Assembly (NCBI GenBank): GCA_010015805.1
Contig: ML978137.1
Span: 124,001 to 188,000 of the forward strand
Length of the DNA: 64,000 nucleotides
Direction: 5' to 3'
Source of the DNA: Rhizodiscina lignyota
Lineage: Eukaryota
The position numbers and the translations under genes are program-made. Below, piece by piece: positions 50,329-61,846 of the stretch. Position 1 is the first letter of the stretch, and the number at the start of each line of letters is the position of its first letter. The notes beneath the pieces are model-generated. The model searched no databases and was not told the origin of the DNA. It saw only the letters and a list, made by a program, of their open reading frames with translations.

Positions 50329-53081
50329 TCAAATCGTCTTGTTGCACGGATAGTTCAATGGCACCGAGCCAACGAATGGCAACGGCTGGATAGAGCCCCA
50401 CCAATCATCAAAAGTGCAAACCGGAAAAGAAACAAACCCTGGGGCTCGCACTCCGTCTGAGAACGGTATGTTGCTTGTTTGGCCGCCGGCAGTTTCGAAG
50501 GATGGTTGATCTTGGGGTATGTTGAAGCCGTTCCCGTGCGCGTTGAAGCCTTCGACGCTGGAGATGACAAGGTCGTCGATGGTAAGGCCGCCAAAGACCG
50601 TTGAGTCGCCTGTCAGTGTTTTACGTGATCCTCCGGGCATCGGCCCTTGGCTGAACGGGCCAGCACCGAAGAGGGCGTAGACCTTTCCGTTATAATTCAC
50701 GATGAGGTCGTCGGTAAACCTCTGCAATTGGATTAGCGGTTTCTTTTCAAAGGAGATGACATCGCTTACTTTGTCGACCTGATCGCTGGAGTCATACTGT
50801 ATGATTGCAGGGAAAACTTCGTTCGTGAGGTCTGCAGCTGGACTCCACGCAATTTTCACCATCTGGGAATAGAAGATCTTGCGAAAGTTGGCTGCAACAT
50901 CTACAGAGTCCACATTGCTGTCAATTACTCCGGTGGTCGGGTCAATAATGTTACGCCACGGATCAGCGAGCCAAACACCATTGTCGATGATGTCGGAGAG
51001 AAATATATTCTGTCCCGCGGCAGATTGGTAGAAGCCGTCTGAGAACAGGCCCTTTGACAGACTGGAATATGTTTCCGACAGTTTGATGATGAACTGCTGG
51101 AGGCCCGACTCGATATCATTTTGAGCAAGCCATGCCTGCTGCTCTCTGTCCCCTGTTGTTAGCCTAAGTGGTCTGACGTCTTCTGGTCTGAGGGCACAAA
51201 CTTACGTTGGCAATGAATCCTTTGCGATTGCGATACTTGCGCTCGTCGCTGCACTGATCGCACTGGCGCCTTTGTCCACGGCCTTTTTGGCGACATCGGT
51301 CGCCTCTTTCGCAAGCAAGATACCAGTGCCCGCAGCAAAGCCGATTCCTGCTGTAGCAACACCAACAATTCCCACAACGACGTCTAGAATTTGCTTCGTA
51401 AAGTCTTGCGGTGCTTGGACCTGCACAGTGAACGTGCTAGTGAACGTGCCTTGGCCGAGTGCAGAGTCTGCCGCGGCATTCGATATGGCCTGAACAAGCG
51501 TGTTGAGGTACTATGCTGTCAGTAACGGTTTTCGAATCGTCCTCTGAGGATACTAACGTTGTGAAAGCCCGAATAAGATTGGAGAATCACGAATCCAGCG
51601 GGCGTATCTGCCTCGTCACAATTGAGGCCAGCTCCACAGTCATCCTGGACAAGTCCGCAATCCCAAACTTGGTTCGCATGGAAAAAGTTCACCGTGAACT
51701 GGTCGATAGGACCGGCAAAGTTCGAACCGGGGAATGCAGTCTTTATGTCCTGCAAGCCTCCGGTTCCGTTAGCAGCGTCCCAAAAGTCCGGGAAGTCGGA
51801 GGCTATGTTGACCGCGCCTTTCTGTCGTTAGAATTGATTTTTCATTCGGGCATCGAACTGCTTACTGTTCAGCTGATCGCACTTTTGCTCGATCTGGTCT
51901 CTAGATGGACGTCCAGTCGTGGGAGCCGGGGGCGGTAGCTTGGGTAGTTGACCATTGCATGGCTTTCCTACCTGCCGCGGAGATTAAAACGGGCTCATCA
52001 GAAGATTCTTGAGTAATACTCACAGTGCCTTCTATAATTAAAGTTGTATTATACACTGGGTTGTTGTCCTTCAATCCGTCACTGATTGTACCAGTGATTT
52101 CGATTTTAACTAGTTCGACATTAATTCATGCAAACGAAGAATGATTTCAAACGTACGGGGAAGTGATTCGTCGTCTCCAATTTCGAAGCTTGCTACCACT
52201 GACGGAGGGTCAGAGACACTAACAGCTGGACCCGTTACACCAACAAACTGGATGTCCCAGGACTTGATGTCAGTTTGCACGACGGTGTAAATCCGCCACT
52301 GCGTGAGCTGCGAAAATAGCTGAGGAAACGTGTTCTTGTCCAGCGTCATCGAGATAGTAGTTTGCCCTTGTTCGCTGGTCAGGGGAAAGGCCACGGCACC
52401 ACCGAAGGGCGCTGGACAGTCGTCCGCAGGCGCAGGAAGTGGTGGAGCTTCAGGACTAATTGGATACGGACCATCTCCAAGCGGGCTGTCGGGAAAGGCC
52501 TTGCTGGTCAAATTATAAAGCTGGCCCTCCGTGACGACCTGGCCGCCGTAGAAGCCTTTCTTGACGCACTGCTCCGTAATGTTTCTGAAAGAATCAGCGC
52601 ACGTGTCCGCATCGGAAGCAACCTGGCCTGAAACTTGGAAAAAGCAATAACCGTGATCACAATAGCTCGAACCGAAAGTGCCTCCTAAACAGGTGGCGAG
52701 GATCGCATTGTCGATGAGCGTGCCTAGGTCGTCTGCTGAAGGAGCGTCGCTTGGTTCAGGTTGAAAGCACTGTACACCGGGTGCCGCTGGCAAGAGTGGT
52801 AGGATAACATCGGATCTAGAGCTAGTGGTAGTACTGATGGTAGGGCTTGTAGCGACAAATGGAGTGGTGCCATTTGTAGGAGGCATAGTAGTGGTAGGGT
52901 CTGCTGTAACGAGAGGAGTGATAACGCTATCGGTAGGAGATGGAGTGGTTGAGTTTTCTGGAACGAGCGGAGTAATGACGGTACCCTGGCGACGTTGTAG
53001 GTTATAGTCTTGTCCAAGCACTGCTGCTTGAGAATAGAGTATAAAGCAAAAGAGCGAGGCGGCTCTACAGAAGGAAGGCAT
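50329..53081 (-). CDS. Secreted modular protein: Ser/Thr-rich region, Cys-rich module, C-terminal domain with hydrophobic helical hairpin (toxin-like)
   Basis: Signal peptide MPSFCRAASLFCFILYSQAAVLG; five GT-AG introns can join the ORFs 52110-53081, 51519-51755, 51202-51426 and 50329-50913 in frame. Motifs WDCG..DDC...NC...PAGFVILQS, ILDVVVGIVGVATAGIGFAAG, GGLTIDDLVISS, PGFVSFPVC. Confidence 0.78.
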
Positions 53082-53118
53082 ATCGAATCAAAACAACAAC
53101 AGAGAAACCAGAAAGGAA

Positions 53119-53175
53119 TAGGAAACTAGGAAACTAGGAAACTAGGAAACTAGGAAGAATAGGAAGAATAGGAAA
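53119..53175. repeat. Tandem repeat (TAGGAAAC)x4 + (TAGGAAGAA)x2
   Basis: Read directly; lies about 40-95 bp upstream of the ATG at 53081. Confidence 0.9.
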
Positions 53176-54006
53176 TTGAGCAAAAAAAGTGAGAGTTCGT
53201 TTGCACGACTTGGAATATCTTTTCCTCAACATGTTAACGGTAGACAAGAGCTTATATATAATATCTATGGGCGTAGTGCACGTAGAGCGAAGAAGAGGGC
53301 GACGAAGCTTGCCTTAATGTAGTATCAAAATTCTGGCCTGGCATCATGGTTCGGCAATAAGTCGCGTGGTACCTAAGTATTTAGTCTAATTCAGCCTCAC
53401 CCGGACTTTAGTCAGGAACCAACATTCAATCGAGCTTCAATCCACCTATCCAGATCGAATCAAAAATCCAGATTCATTACGTACAATGGTCCTTGCAGGC
53501 GGAGCGATCGCTTGATATCACCTAGCGCATCGGCCAGACCGTGGGCGGATGGGTGCACGATACTCTTGAGCAATCCTCCGTGGAGGCCAGCGAGCCCAGG
53601 AGATGGTGACTTCGAGATTTACGTTGGTTTAAGCTGCGGAAAATAGGCGGTGAAAGAAGTCTTGGGGACCAATCATATCCTCTTGTTTTAGAAATAGCTT
53701 AAGTAAGCAGGCACGTGGGCATTAGTCGAAGAGGTGATAGGGTAGACTCATTGTTGTACGCCACGACCGAGTCAACGTGGCTATATCAATAAACTAAGTT
53801 GGGACATGGGGTGCTTATGGCTGCGAGTGGGGTCTGTAATGTGACACCCACATGTAACTTTCCTACCCACGCTCAGCAAATTCCTCTTTTGGCGGTAAAC
53901 ACCTTCGTTCTTGGGGGCATACACACATAGTCTTCGAAGTCGTACTTGATATAAGCGCGTTTCAGGTTTTCGGTCGCCCGCCTTACAACAAAATATAGTA
54001 TATAGG

Positions 54007-54181
54007 CATTCAAGCAAGCATGGAGATGTGCGCGTGCTTCAGCGAGCAGCTGTATATGCCACATTTCCAGCATAGCCTTAGTTCGGGTTAGCGCTTTCAA
54101 AGTTGGAGGCAGAAGCCGTCATTATTTCCATTAGATATTGTTATTATTTTGAATTAATTCACACCGAAAATCAAGTTACTG
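54007..54181 (+). repeat. Direct repeat copy 2 (MITE-free)
   Basis: Collinear with 49738-50077 once 49813-49971 is removed. Confidence 0.9.
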
Positions 54182-54380
54182 AAAACCGTAGAAGATGCTT
54201 CGTGTATGGTTTATTCTTGGTTTTGTATAAATCCAACCTCGTATGATCGGTGGCGGCGAAGGCTGCCGTCCTCGTGCTATACCTGAATTCCGGCACTCAT
54301 CCTCGTTCTATTTAGAATAATGATATGGCACGATGATGGCCTTACTAGTAATACTCTGTAATTACCCTGTGTCTGGATAT

Positions 54381-56408
54381 CTACTGCAATATTCTCAGAC
54401 CAACTCTCATCATAGCCTTTCCCTCTCTATTCGCCCTTGCGTAGTATGGCACAAATCTCAATGTCTCCCGCCTCCTCGTCTTATCTATACTCCAAGAATC
54501 TGTCGGCCCGTCCGAGCTCGGGTTGTACCGCTCAGGAACTTTCAGAAAACCAGCTGCACCCTCCGCTCGAATACCGACAATCTCCTCGCCCTCAACGACA
54601 TCCTTGCGCAGTTCCTCTTGGAGATCACGCGTAGTGTCGAAAAGCACTGATTTGAAGTGGTCGGCTTCCCATGGATTATCCACATCCTCGGCGCAGTACA
54701 CTAGCGGACCACGAGCTACTGCGGCAATCCGCTGATTTGTGTAGAGGTGCGGAGAGAGAAGGCGTGGCTTGAGTGGTATACGTAAGGTGAAGGAAGCATT
54801 TGCGTGTAAGTAAGTTGGTGGTAGAAGAAGGTAGCCATCGTGCATCTCGGCGGCTGATAGCGGTGGATCGAGATACCACGAGGATGCCCACAATGGTATT
54901 CGCAAGCGGAGGGTAAGATCACTGCTAGTTGGTAGATTGCGGATGCTGAAACCGATGGTCCCGTCGCCGAAAGGCCAGTCTGTTGATTGTTCAACCTCGA
55001 CCTCCGCATCGCCCACCTTAAGATTCAGCGTCGCGCGTGTGTACAGGTGGACATTCACAGCCACTCTTTGATTTCCCATCTCTTGGGCAGTCCATAAATA
55101 TCCTCCAATTGAGCCGAGCAACCTCGTAACATTGGGCGGGCAGCAGGCACAGTCGAACCAATCTTGCCTCTCTGATAGACTGCTCTCGCCAGACCCCAGC
55201 TGGTTGACATACGTGAACTTCTTCCCATCGTGACTCATTCCAGTCAAGACGGCATTGTAAAGTGCCAATTCCATGGTGTCCGCATATTCAGCTCGCAGTT
55301 CCTGCGCTAGTATGCGCTCAGCTAACATGACAACGCCTATCCCGGCGCATGTCTCCGCGTAGCAGCCTCCTTCGTCCTTGGATTGCGGAAGGAAGTAGTC
55401 ATCACCGAAGCCTTCCCATTGATAAATAGCACCGATTCCACCCGTCAAGTACACTTTACGGCTTACCATGTTGGTCCACAGCCGCGTTAGCGCGTTCTCG
55501 TAGTTTTGTTGTGCTTTCCCTTCAAGCAACATCAGGTCCGCAACGGCGGTGAGAAGATACATAGCACGCACAGAGTGGCCTTCGATTGTTTGTTGCTCAG
55601 TGATCGGTAGGTGTGCTTGCTGATAACTGTATGGATCCCTCACAGGGTAGTGCTCTGGCCATTCGTAGGTATGCTCGCCGCGCTTCTCTCGCTCAATATC
55701 GTAATAATGCTTGCCTGTGCCACCACTGTTGCCATTTCCTCGCTCGGAGATGAAGTAATGTGCTAGCTGTAGATGCTCTGGATTATGCGTACGCTTATAC
55801 AGCCGTAAGAGTGCTAGCTCAATCTCGGGATGCCCTGGGTAGCCATGAATTTGGTCCGGAGATGGCCCAAAAGTGCGGTGCAGCAGGCCCACATACTTCA
55901 GAATCGGCGCCAGAAGCTGATCGTTATGGAAACAATGCTCGTGCGCCAAAGCTGCTTCGATGAGATGGCCTGCATTGTACAACTCATGCATGTCCCGCAG
56001 ATTTGTGAATCGCTGACCAGGAGCCACTACCGTGTAGTGTATATTCAGATAGCCGTCTTCTTGTTGTGCATTACGAATCATCTCGACTAACTCATGGACT
56101 GCAGCTTCGACTTCATCAACGCTCTTCCCTTGCTCTTTCTCTTCAGCCAGGAAGTAACAGGCGCCTTCAATCCACTTGGCAACATCAGAGTCCCAGAACA
56201 GGTGCTTTGGTACCGGCCATGAAGCTGGCGGATCATCGTATATGGGTTTCCATTTTAATTTGAAGGCGTCATAGCGACCAGTCCCCTTGAGCATATGGAG
56301 TTGAACCGGTAGCGTTACTCGACGGACAGTAGTACGACGATTGCCCCAGAAGGAGGAGTCTGGGAAATTTGTGTAACGATATGTTGTTTGAGGGTTCGTA
56401 GAGGCCAT
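54381..56408 (-). CDS. GH127 beta-L-arabinofuranosidase (HypBA1-like), intronless, no signal peptide
   Basis: FWDSDVAKWIEG, HELYNAGHLIEAA, GHPEIELAL, GHSVRAMYL, WEGF, YAETCA and WFDCACCPPN (Zn-Cys3-Glu catalytic set). Confidence 0.93.
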   Translation of the reverse strand: MASTNPQTTYRYTNFPDSSFWGNRRTTVRRVTLPVQLHMLKGTGRYDAFKLKWKPIYDDPPASWPVPKHLFWDSDVAKWIEGACYFLAEEKEQGKSVDEVEAAVHELVEMIRNAQQEDGYLNIHYTVVAPGQRFTNLRDMHELYNAGHLIEAALAHEHCFHNDQLLAPILKYVGLLHRTFGPSPDQIHGYPGHPEIELALLRLYKRTHNPEHLQLAHYFISERGNGNSGGTGKHYYDIEREKRGEHTYEWPEHYPVRDPYSYQQAHLPITEQQTIEGHSVRAMYLLTAVADLMLLEGKAQQNYENALTRLWTNMVSRKVYLTGGIGAIYQWEGFGDDYFLPQSKDEGGCYAETCAGIGVVMLAERILAQELRAEYADTMELALYNAVLTGMSHDGKKFTYVNQLGSGESSLSERQDWFDCACCPPNVTRLLGSIGGYLWTAQEMGNQRVAVNVHLYTRATLNLKVGDAEVEVEQSTDWPFGDGTIGFSIRNLPTSSDLTLRLRIPLWASSWYLDPPLSAAEMHDGYLLLPPTYLHANASFTLRIPLKPRLLSPHLYTNQRIAAVARGPLVYCAEDVDNPWEADHFKSVLFDTTRDLQEELRKDVVEGEEIVGIRAEGAAGFLKVPERYNPSSDGPTDSWSIDKTRRRETLRFVPYYARANREGKAMMRVGLRILQ

Positions 56409-57336
56409 AGTTGATTGGCCTATGAATTGGAGCGGAGAATCGAAATAGACGATAGTATTCAGCGGCTTCGGAGCTGGCTTGCAAGTGCGGCTCTTAAGCC
56501 CAGAATTATTAAATTGGAAAGTCAGCGTTCTAGTTCAATCAGCAATTTCGTATTCCAGGCATCTCACTTCACCAATATGCCAATAGCACATTTTTCACGC
56601 TGAGGGGTCTGTTCAACAAAAGCAAGATTCGCACCTCGATAGTCCGAGAGGGGCAAAGGAAACAACTCCGTAGCAACTCACGTGCCGGGATTTGCACGGA
56701 AATATATTCGGATGTCCCGAACGAAGCCTCCGGGTTTCCCATGAGTTCTAGACCGATCAACGTCGACAGAGTTTCCAAGTTGGTGGGGATGAGGCAGATG
56801 TTGCGCAAGTGGCGCTGTAAGTGTTCAACCTTGCGCTTCCCGCAACGTAGCGAGAACCCGAACTCGCCAAATATTTCCACCAATGCAAGGGACCGTTACC
56901 GAGCAGAAAATTCTGTGAATCGCGATCTATAGTCCAGGACATGATCGTGGAAAGTTCGCTAAGGCAAAGTCGGTAATCGTTGGATAGCGTTACGAAGAGC
57001 GACAGCAAGAGGCGGCAAGCGTGAGACGAAAAAGAGCTTATGGCAAACAAGCCTTTCCAGCTCCTTGTCTCGGTATCAAAGGTCCCGCTACGAATGGCGA
57101 TCAGTTCCCAGCCAAGAAATATCTCCGGTGGAGAGCAGTCAGAGAAAAGCGATCACGATTAAACATACTGTAAAGCCAGTGTGGGGAATCCATGTGTACG
57201 GCATTCGTGAACGGAGAGCAAGTCAGGGCAGCAAACGTCAGATAGCCATCATCCCGAGCTTGTATAATAGAGCGCATTTGCACAATGTTGTTGTGCTCAG
57301 AGGAGCTCTTGCACACTTCCATCAGTCACCTGCATT

Positions 57337-58992
57337 ATGGCAGACCCCAAGAGCGAAGAAAAGGCGATAGTTCGTCAGGAGAGCGTTGCCTCCACGAACA
57401 TTCAGCAGTCCACTCCGCAACGAACCTTTCTAGGCCAGACGAAGGGAGATTGGTACATTTATTGGATTTGCCTCGTCGCCTCCATCGCCAACATATTCCA
57501 AGGGTTCGATTCAGGCATCTACACCATCATCATCGCGGAGAAAGCCTTCATCTCAAGGTTTCATGTTGCTGGAGCGCGATCAGGCGTCATCGCCAGCATG
57601 ATCAATCTGGGAAATGTCATTGGGAATCTCTTCGTCGCATGGTGGTTTATATGGTATCTGGGAAGACGATACTCCTTCTCCCTCGGAACGATCATACTTC
57701 TCGTCGGAGTCGCACTGCAGGCTGGTGCAGTTGCGTTCTCAATGATAGTTATTGGCAGGATCGTTGCTGGTATCGGCACTGCTATCATCGGAACCAACCT
57801 CGCTGCGTACCAAGCTGAAGTCTCCTCGCCAGCGGTGCGCGGTCGGGTTGTCTCTTTCGTACAACTCTCATACCAAGTCGGTGTGCTGGTGGCATGGTGT
57901 GTTGGTCTCGGCTTCCAGAAGATGACGACGCCTAATGCCTGGAGATATGCAACGGCGTTGCAAGTCATACCCGGGATCGTTCTAATTGTATGTTCTTTCA
58001 CAATCCCCGAGTCGCCCCGCTGGCTACTCGAGCGCAAGACTCCAGAACGAGCATTGAAAGAGCTTTCACGGGTGAGGAAGCTACCACAAAACGACGAATC
58101 AGTGCAAAGAGAATTTTTGGAGCTGCGAGCGGTACGCGAGTATCGGCTTGCGCATGCAGAGCTTTACACTTGGAAGGAGTTCCTTGGCAAGTACGCCGTG
58201 TGGAAGCGCATCGCGTATGGCATGGCTACTATGGCCTTGGGTCAAATCTCTGGTATCGGTGCCATTATGTTATACGGCATCTCTGTCTTCCAGGATCTCG
58301 GATTTTCGAGCTCGACGTTAAGCTTGTTGTTGAATGTTGTTGCCGGGGTCCTTTCACTTTTGTGAGTGCTCCATATCGACTTCTTATTAGAGTGACTAAT
58401 GCTGATCTCTTACCTCAGAGCCACTTTGATCACCACAGGCGGCGTAGATAAATGGGGACGAAAAATCACCCTTATTGCTGGCAGCGGCACGATGGTACTC
58501 TCGTACATAATCATCGCCGCGCTAGCAGACGCTTACCCGGTTGGACAACACACCAACCGTGCTGCCTCCATCGTCCAAATCATCTTCATCTACGTCATCC
58601 AGATGGCGTACGCGGGGGCCTTGGGGCCTGTGGCTTGGATCTATGCAAGCGAGATCTTTCCAACTCATCTGAGAGACAAAGGCGTCAATATCTCGCAAGC
58701 GGGACAGCAGACCACTACACTTTGGATCAACCAGGCGTGGCCGGTGATGTTCCAGAATGTGGGTCACAACGCGTACTGGATCTTAGTCGCAATCAACGCG
58801 TTTGGTTGTGCGATGGTGATATTGTTCTGGCCAGAGACGAAGGGCATCAGTCTAGAGCATATGGATAAGCTCTTTGGGGAGGTTGATAAAGTCGAGGGCT
58901 TCACGGAAGAGCATAGGGCAAATTCGGTGGCAGAAGGTATTGAGATTCTAGAGAAGAGAAAGGGATCAGCGGCAAGCGGCGGAGTCGTTTGA
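57337..58992 (+). CDS. MFS sugar porter
   Basis: GFDSG, LGRR, GRIVAGIG, PESPRWL, QISGI, DKWGRK, YASEIFP, PETKG motifs; intron ~58362-58419. Confidence 0.93.
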
Positions 58993-59284
58993 GGAGACGC
59001 GTCGGTCGGCGGTCGCACTGCAGAGAAATTTCGGTGAACATTTCGCGACAAGAGATCGGAACAGGGGAAGGAAGGAAGTCGAGCTTCGTATCGACTGAGT
59101 TGTGATTATGTTGTTGAAAAATCAAGATTTCGAGAGTTCCCTCTCGTAGAAAACCAAATGGTGCCTCCCGTGATTCTGATGACCCTGCCAAGGCGAGATC
59201 AATAAGCAGCCTCCTCTGCACATACCTCATCTCCACCCCCTGTAAGCCACCTACCACGTTTTCTGTTTGGAGGCCTTTCACGCC

Positions 59285-61035
59285 ATGAAATCAATTGATC
59301 CTCCTTCTAAAGAGGATATTGACAGAAATCCTAGCACGGGCAAGCCAGCTCTCCCATTATTCACGTGAACCGCCGAAGCTAAACCAGTATTTCTCTATAG
59401 AGAGGGAATTCCGATTCATCTCGATACAGAACCCAGCAGACGCGAAGGACCGCGGCAAAAGACGAGTAGCCCGCTCGCACGCTATCAAACAGGCCTGGCA
59501 GAACAAAGGCAGTGTTCAACAAGCATCCTCGGGTAATGATGTTGTTGAATCAGGCCGGACGTTGGCTCCTTGGTCCATTTTCGCTCCCGCATCTGCCTAC
59601 GGTCCCTTCGAGACACTGTTTGGAGACTCGCCGCGACTGAAAACCCTCATCAGCCAAGGTAAGCTCTGCAACTACCTGAGGTAAGGGATGTCTACGTATC
59701 AAGACTCACCACAGTCACATAGGTGCCGCCAGACAGTCTGCGGAGCCAGTATTCAGTGTTGCAGATCCGGTCGTCTTCCAGGACTTTGGCTCTGTCTTTC
59801 GCAGCGACATCGATGATCCAGCCCTCCTGAACGCTGTTAAGCTTACCTTTGCATTTGCGGTGATGGGGGGAAACGTTGATCAGGAGTGCCTGGGCTATCA
59901 GAACGAAGCCATGAGCACTATCCGCCAAAGAATGAGCTCCCCGGAGACGGCATTGTCGCTACCGACGCTTGGAGCTATCTTGCTCCTTGCCGGCGTGGAG
60001 GTAAGTTATCGATGTCATTCCCTTCCAGTCTTTTTCGACTGATTAAAGAAAGAACCTCGGAGCTGACTTGCATGTATTGCTTAGGCTCGCTTAGGCATGC
60101 GCTGGCAAGTTCAATTACACATGGACGCCATCCGTCGACTGCTCAACTTAGCTCAATCCAGGACTATCTACTTAACAGATGGAATCAAGCGGGCCATCTT
60201 TTGGTGAGCCGCATTATTTCTGTGCATGAATTAAGCTAGCCGTAACTTACCACAGGTAACATTATCTCGAATAGGCAAGATCTAAACTCGTCCATAATGA
60301 CCGGATCCGATCGCATAGTAAATTACACGACCTTTGCGGAGCTACAGTGGATCCGGGACCCCTTTTCCACTACCTTTTTCGTTCTGCCGCCAGGATTCCA
60401 AAAGATTATCTACCTGTTTTCTGAAGACTTCATTGAAGTTCTCAAGGATATCCACGCCCTGAAGTGCGTCCAAGATATTCCGGGTTATTCCTGCCAGAAC
60501 CCAATTGAAATGCTTCGCGTCGATAACCAACAAGCGTCAATTGGGTCCAGGCTCGTGGATTTGCCGAAGCTTTCTGCTTATATGGAGGCTTGTTATCTGG
60601 CGGCCTATCTCAGCGCTTGCATGCTTTGCTGTAAAGTTTGGCGCCACTCCGTTATGCCTGTAAGTCAACTCAGCGCGTGGCAATCTCGAGGTTCCTTACC
60701 GGATTCTCTGTCGGACCGTACTGACTTTGAGGAACTAGTCTCATGTCTCAGTGCACTTACTACACAAGTTACAAGAGTCGAACAATAGCCTATTCTGGAA
60801 TGATCACCCAGATTTGTTGATCTGGATGCTGCACCTTGGCGGATCATTTTCCTCCAAAGGTGAAATACGCTCACAATATAAGGCCCTCATACAAATCAAC
60901 AAGGCGTCCAGGTTTCGGAACACGTATCGTTCATTGGAGGAGCTGATACGTATTTTGAATCAGTTTATATGGTCAGAGAAGGCATATCGAGCACAAGTGG
61001 AAGTGTTCTGGAGAGAGATTCAAACGGTCTCGTAG
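59285..61035 (+). CDS. Fungal-specific transcription-factor-like protein (Fungal_trans_2/DUF3468-like), no Zn2Cys6 cluster
   Basis: FRFISIQNP...RRVARSHA, GAILLLAGVE, HMDAIRRL, EACYLAAY, DLLIWMLHLGG motifs. Four GT-AG introns plus a probable GC-AG first intron (59340-59400). Confidence 0.78.
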
Positions 61036-61846
61036 GAGCGCGCCCAGTCGAACCATACTTACAAGCGGAAAGCAATTCTCAGTGCACCGTACGGTTCGGT
61101 CGCATTCTGGAAAACTCCTCCGGACTATCGTCATACTCCATCTTCCGTGGCGGGCAACGAGTACCCTCTGAACGGAGGACGAACTTCATGGAGTTACTTA
61201 CTAGAGTGATTTGGAATCAGGCTCTAAATGTCTTTTGGCCCAAACTTGTCATGACCCTTTGTTTCATGGTTGGCGAGCATTACCAACACGTAACCCTTAC
61301 TCCGTATTATGGTTGTATCTAAAAGTTAGCTAATGTAAACCTTCTGCAAGCTTACCCATGAGCCGAGCTTGTGAGTACGCCTCCTGAGCACAACCATTGT
61401 GTTTGAAATACTAAATCTCTTGTTGTTTGTAAGCAGCGTGTTAATAATGACCTCTCTGGGGAGTACTCCGTAGGGGACCTGCAAGTTGATGACGAGTTGA
61501 GTACTCAGCCAATGAGAGGCGCGCCCGCGTCTCATCCGGACAGGCACCATCCGTTTTAGGAAAAATCTCAGTTTTCTAAAAGGCAAAATCTTGAGATTGT
61601 TACAGATGTCAAGATCATTCCAGAACCCAAAGAACAGCTCTGTGAAGTCTATTCTTCAACTAAGATGACCTGCTGTGACGCTCAGAACGCACATATAATT
61701 ATATGTAAGATGGTTCAGAGCACAAATCTCCAAAGACCGGACATCGCATCTACCCCAGCTGGCACTAGATCAACAACACACAAATACTTCTTGCGACAAG
61801 CCTTACCATACATCATACATTAGCCCCAAATCCACAGTCCTTTAAC

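Noticed and set aside
51801..51809. GGCTATGTT match to the MITE TIR
   Set aside because: Only 9 bp, inside an exon, with no partner end; probably chance.
53119..53175. TAGG-containing repeat as telomeric or CRISPR-like array
   Set aside because: Not TTAGGG and no unique spacers; it is a simple tandem repeat.
49738..54181. Direct repeats as LTRs of a retrotransposon
   Set aside because: No TG...CA ends, PBS/PPT or gag/pol remnants; the interior is an intron-containing cellular gene.
56409..57336. SYGGRG (CreA-like) hexamers and CGG triplets in the GH127/transporter intergenic region
   Set aside because: Short degenerate motifs expected by chance; cannot be supported without conservation data.
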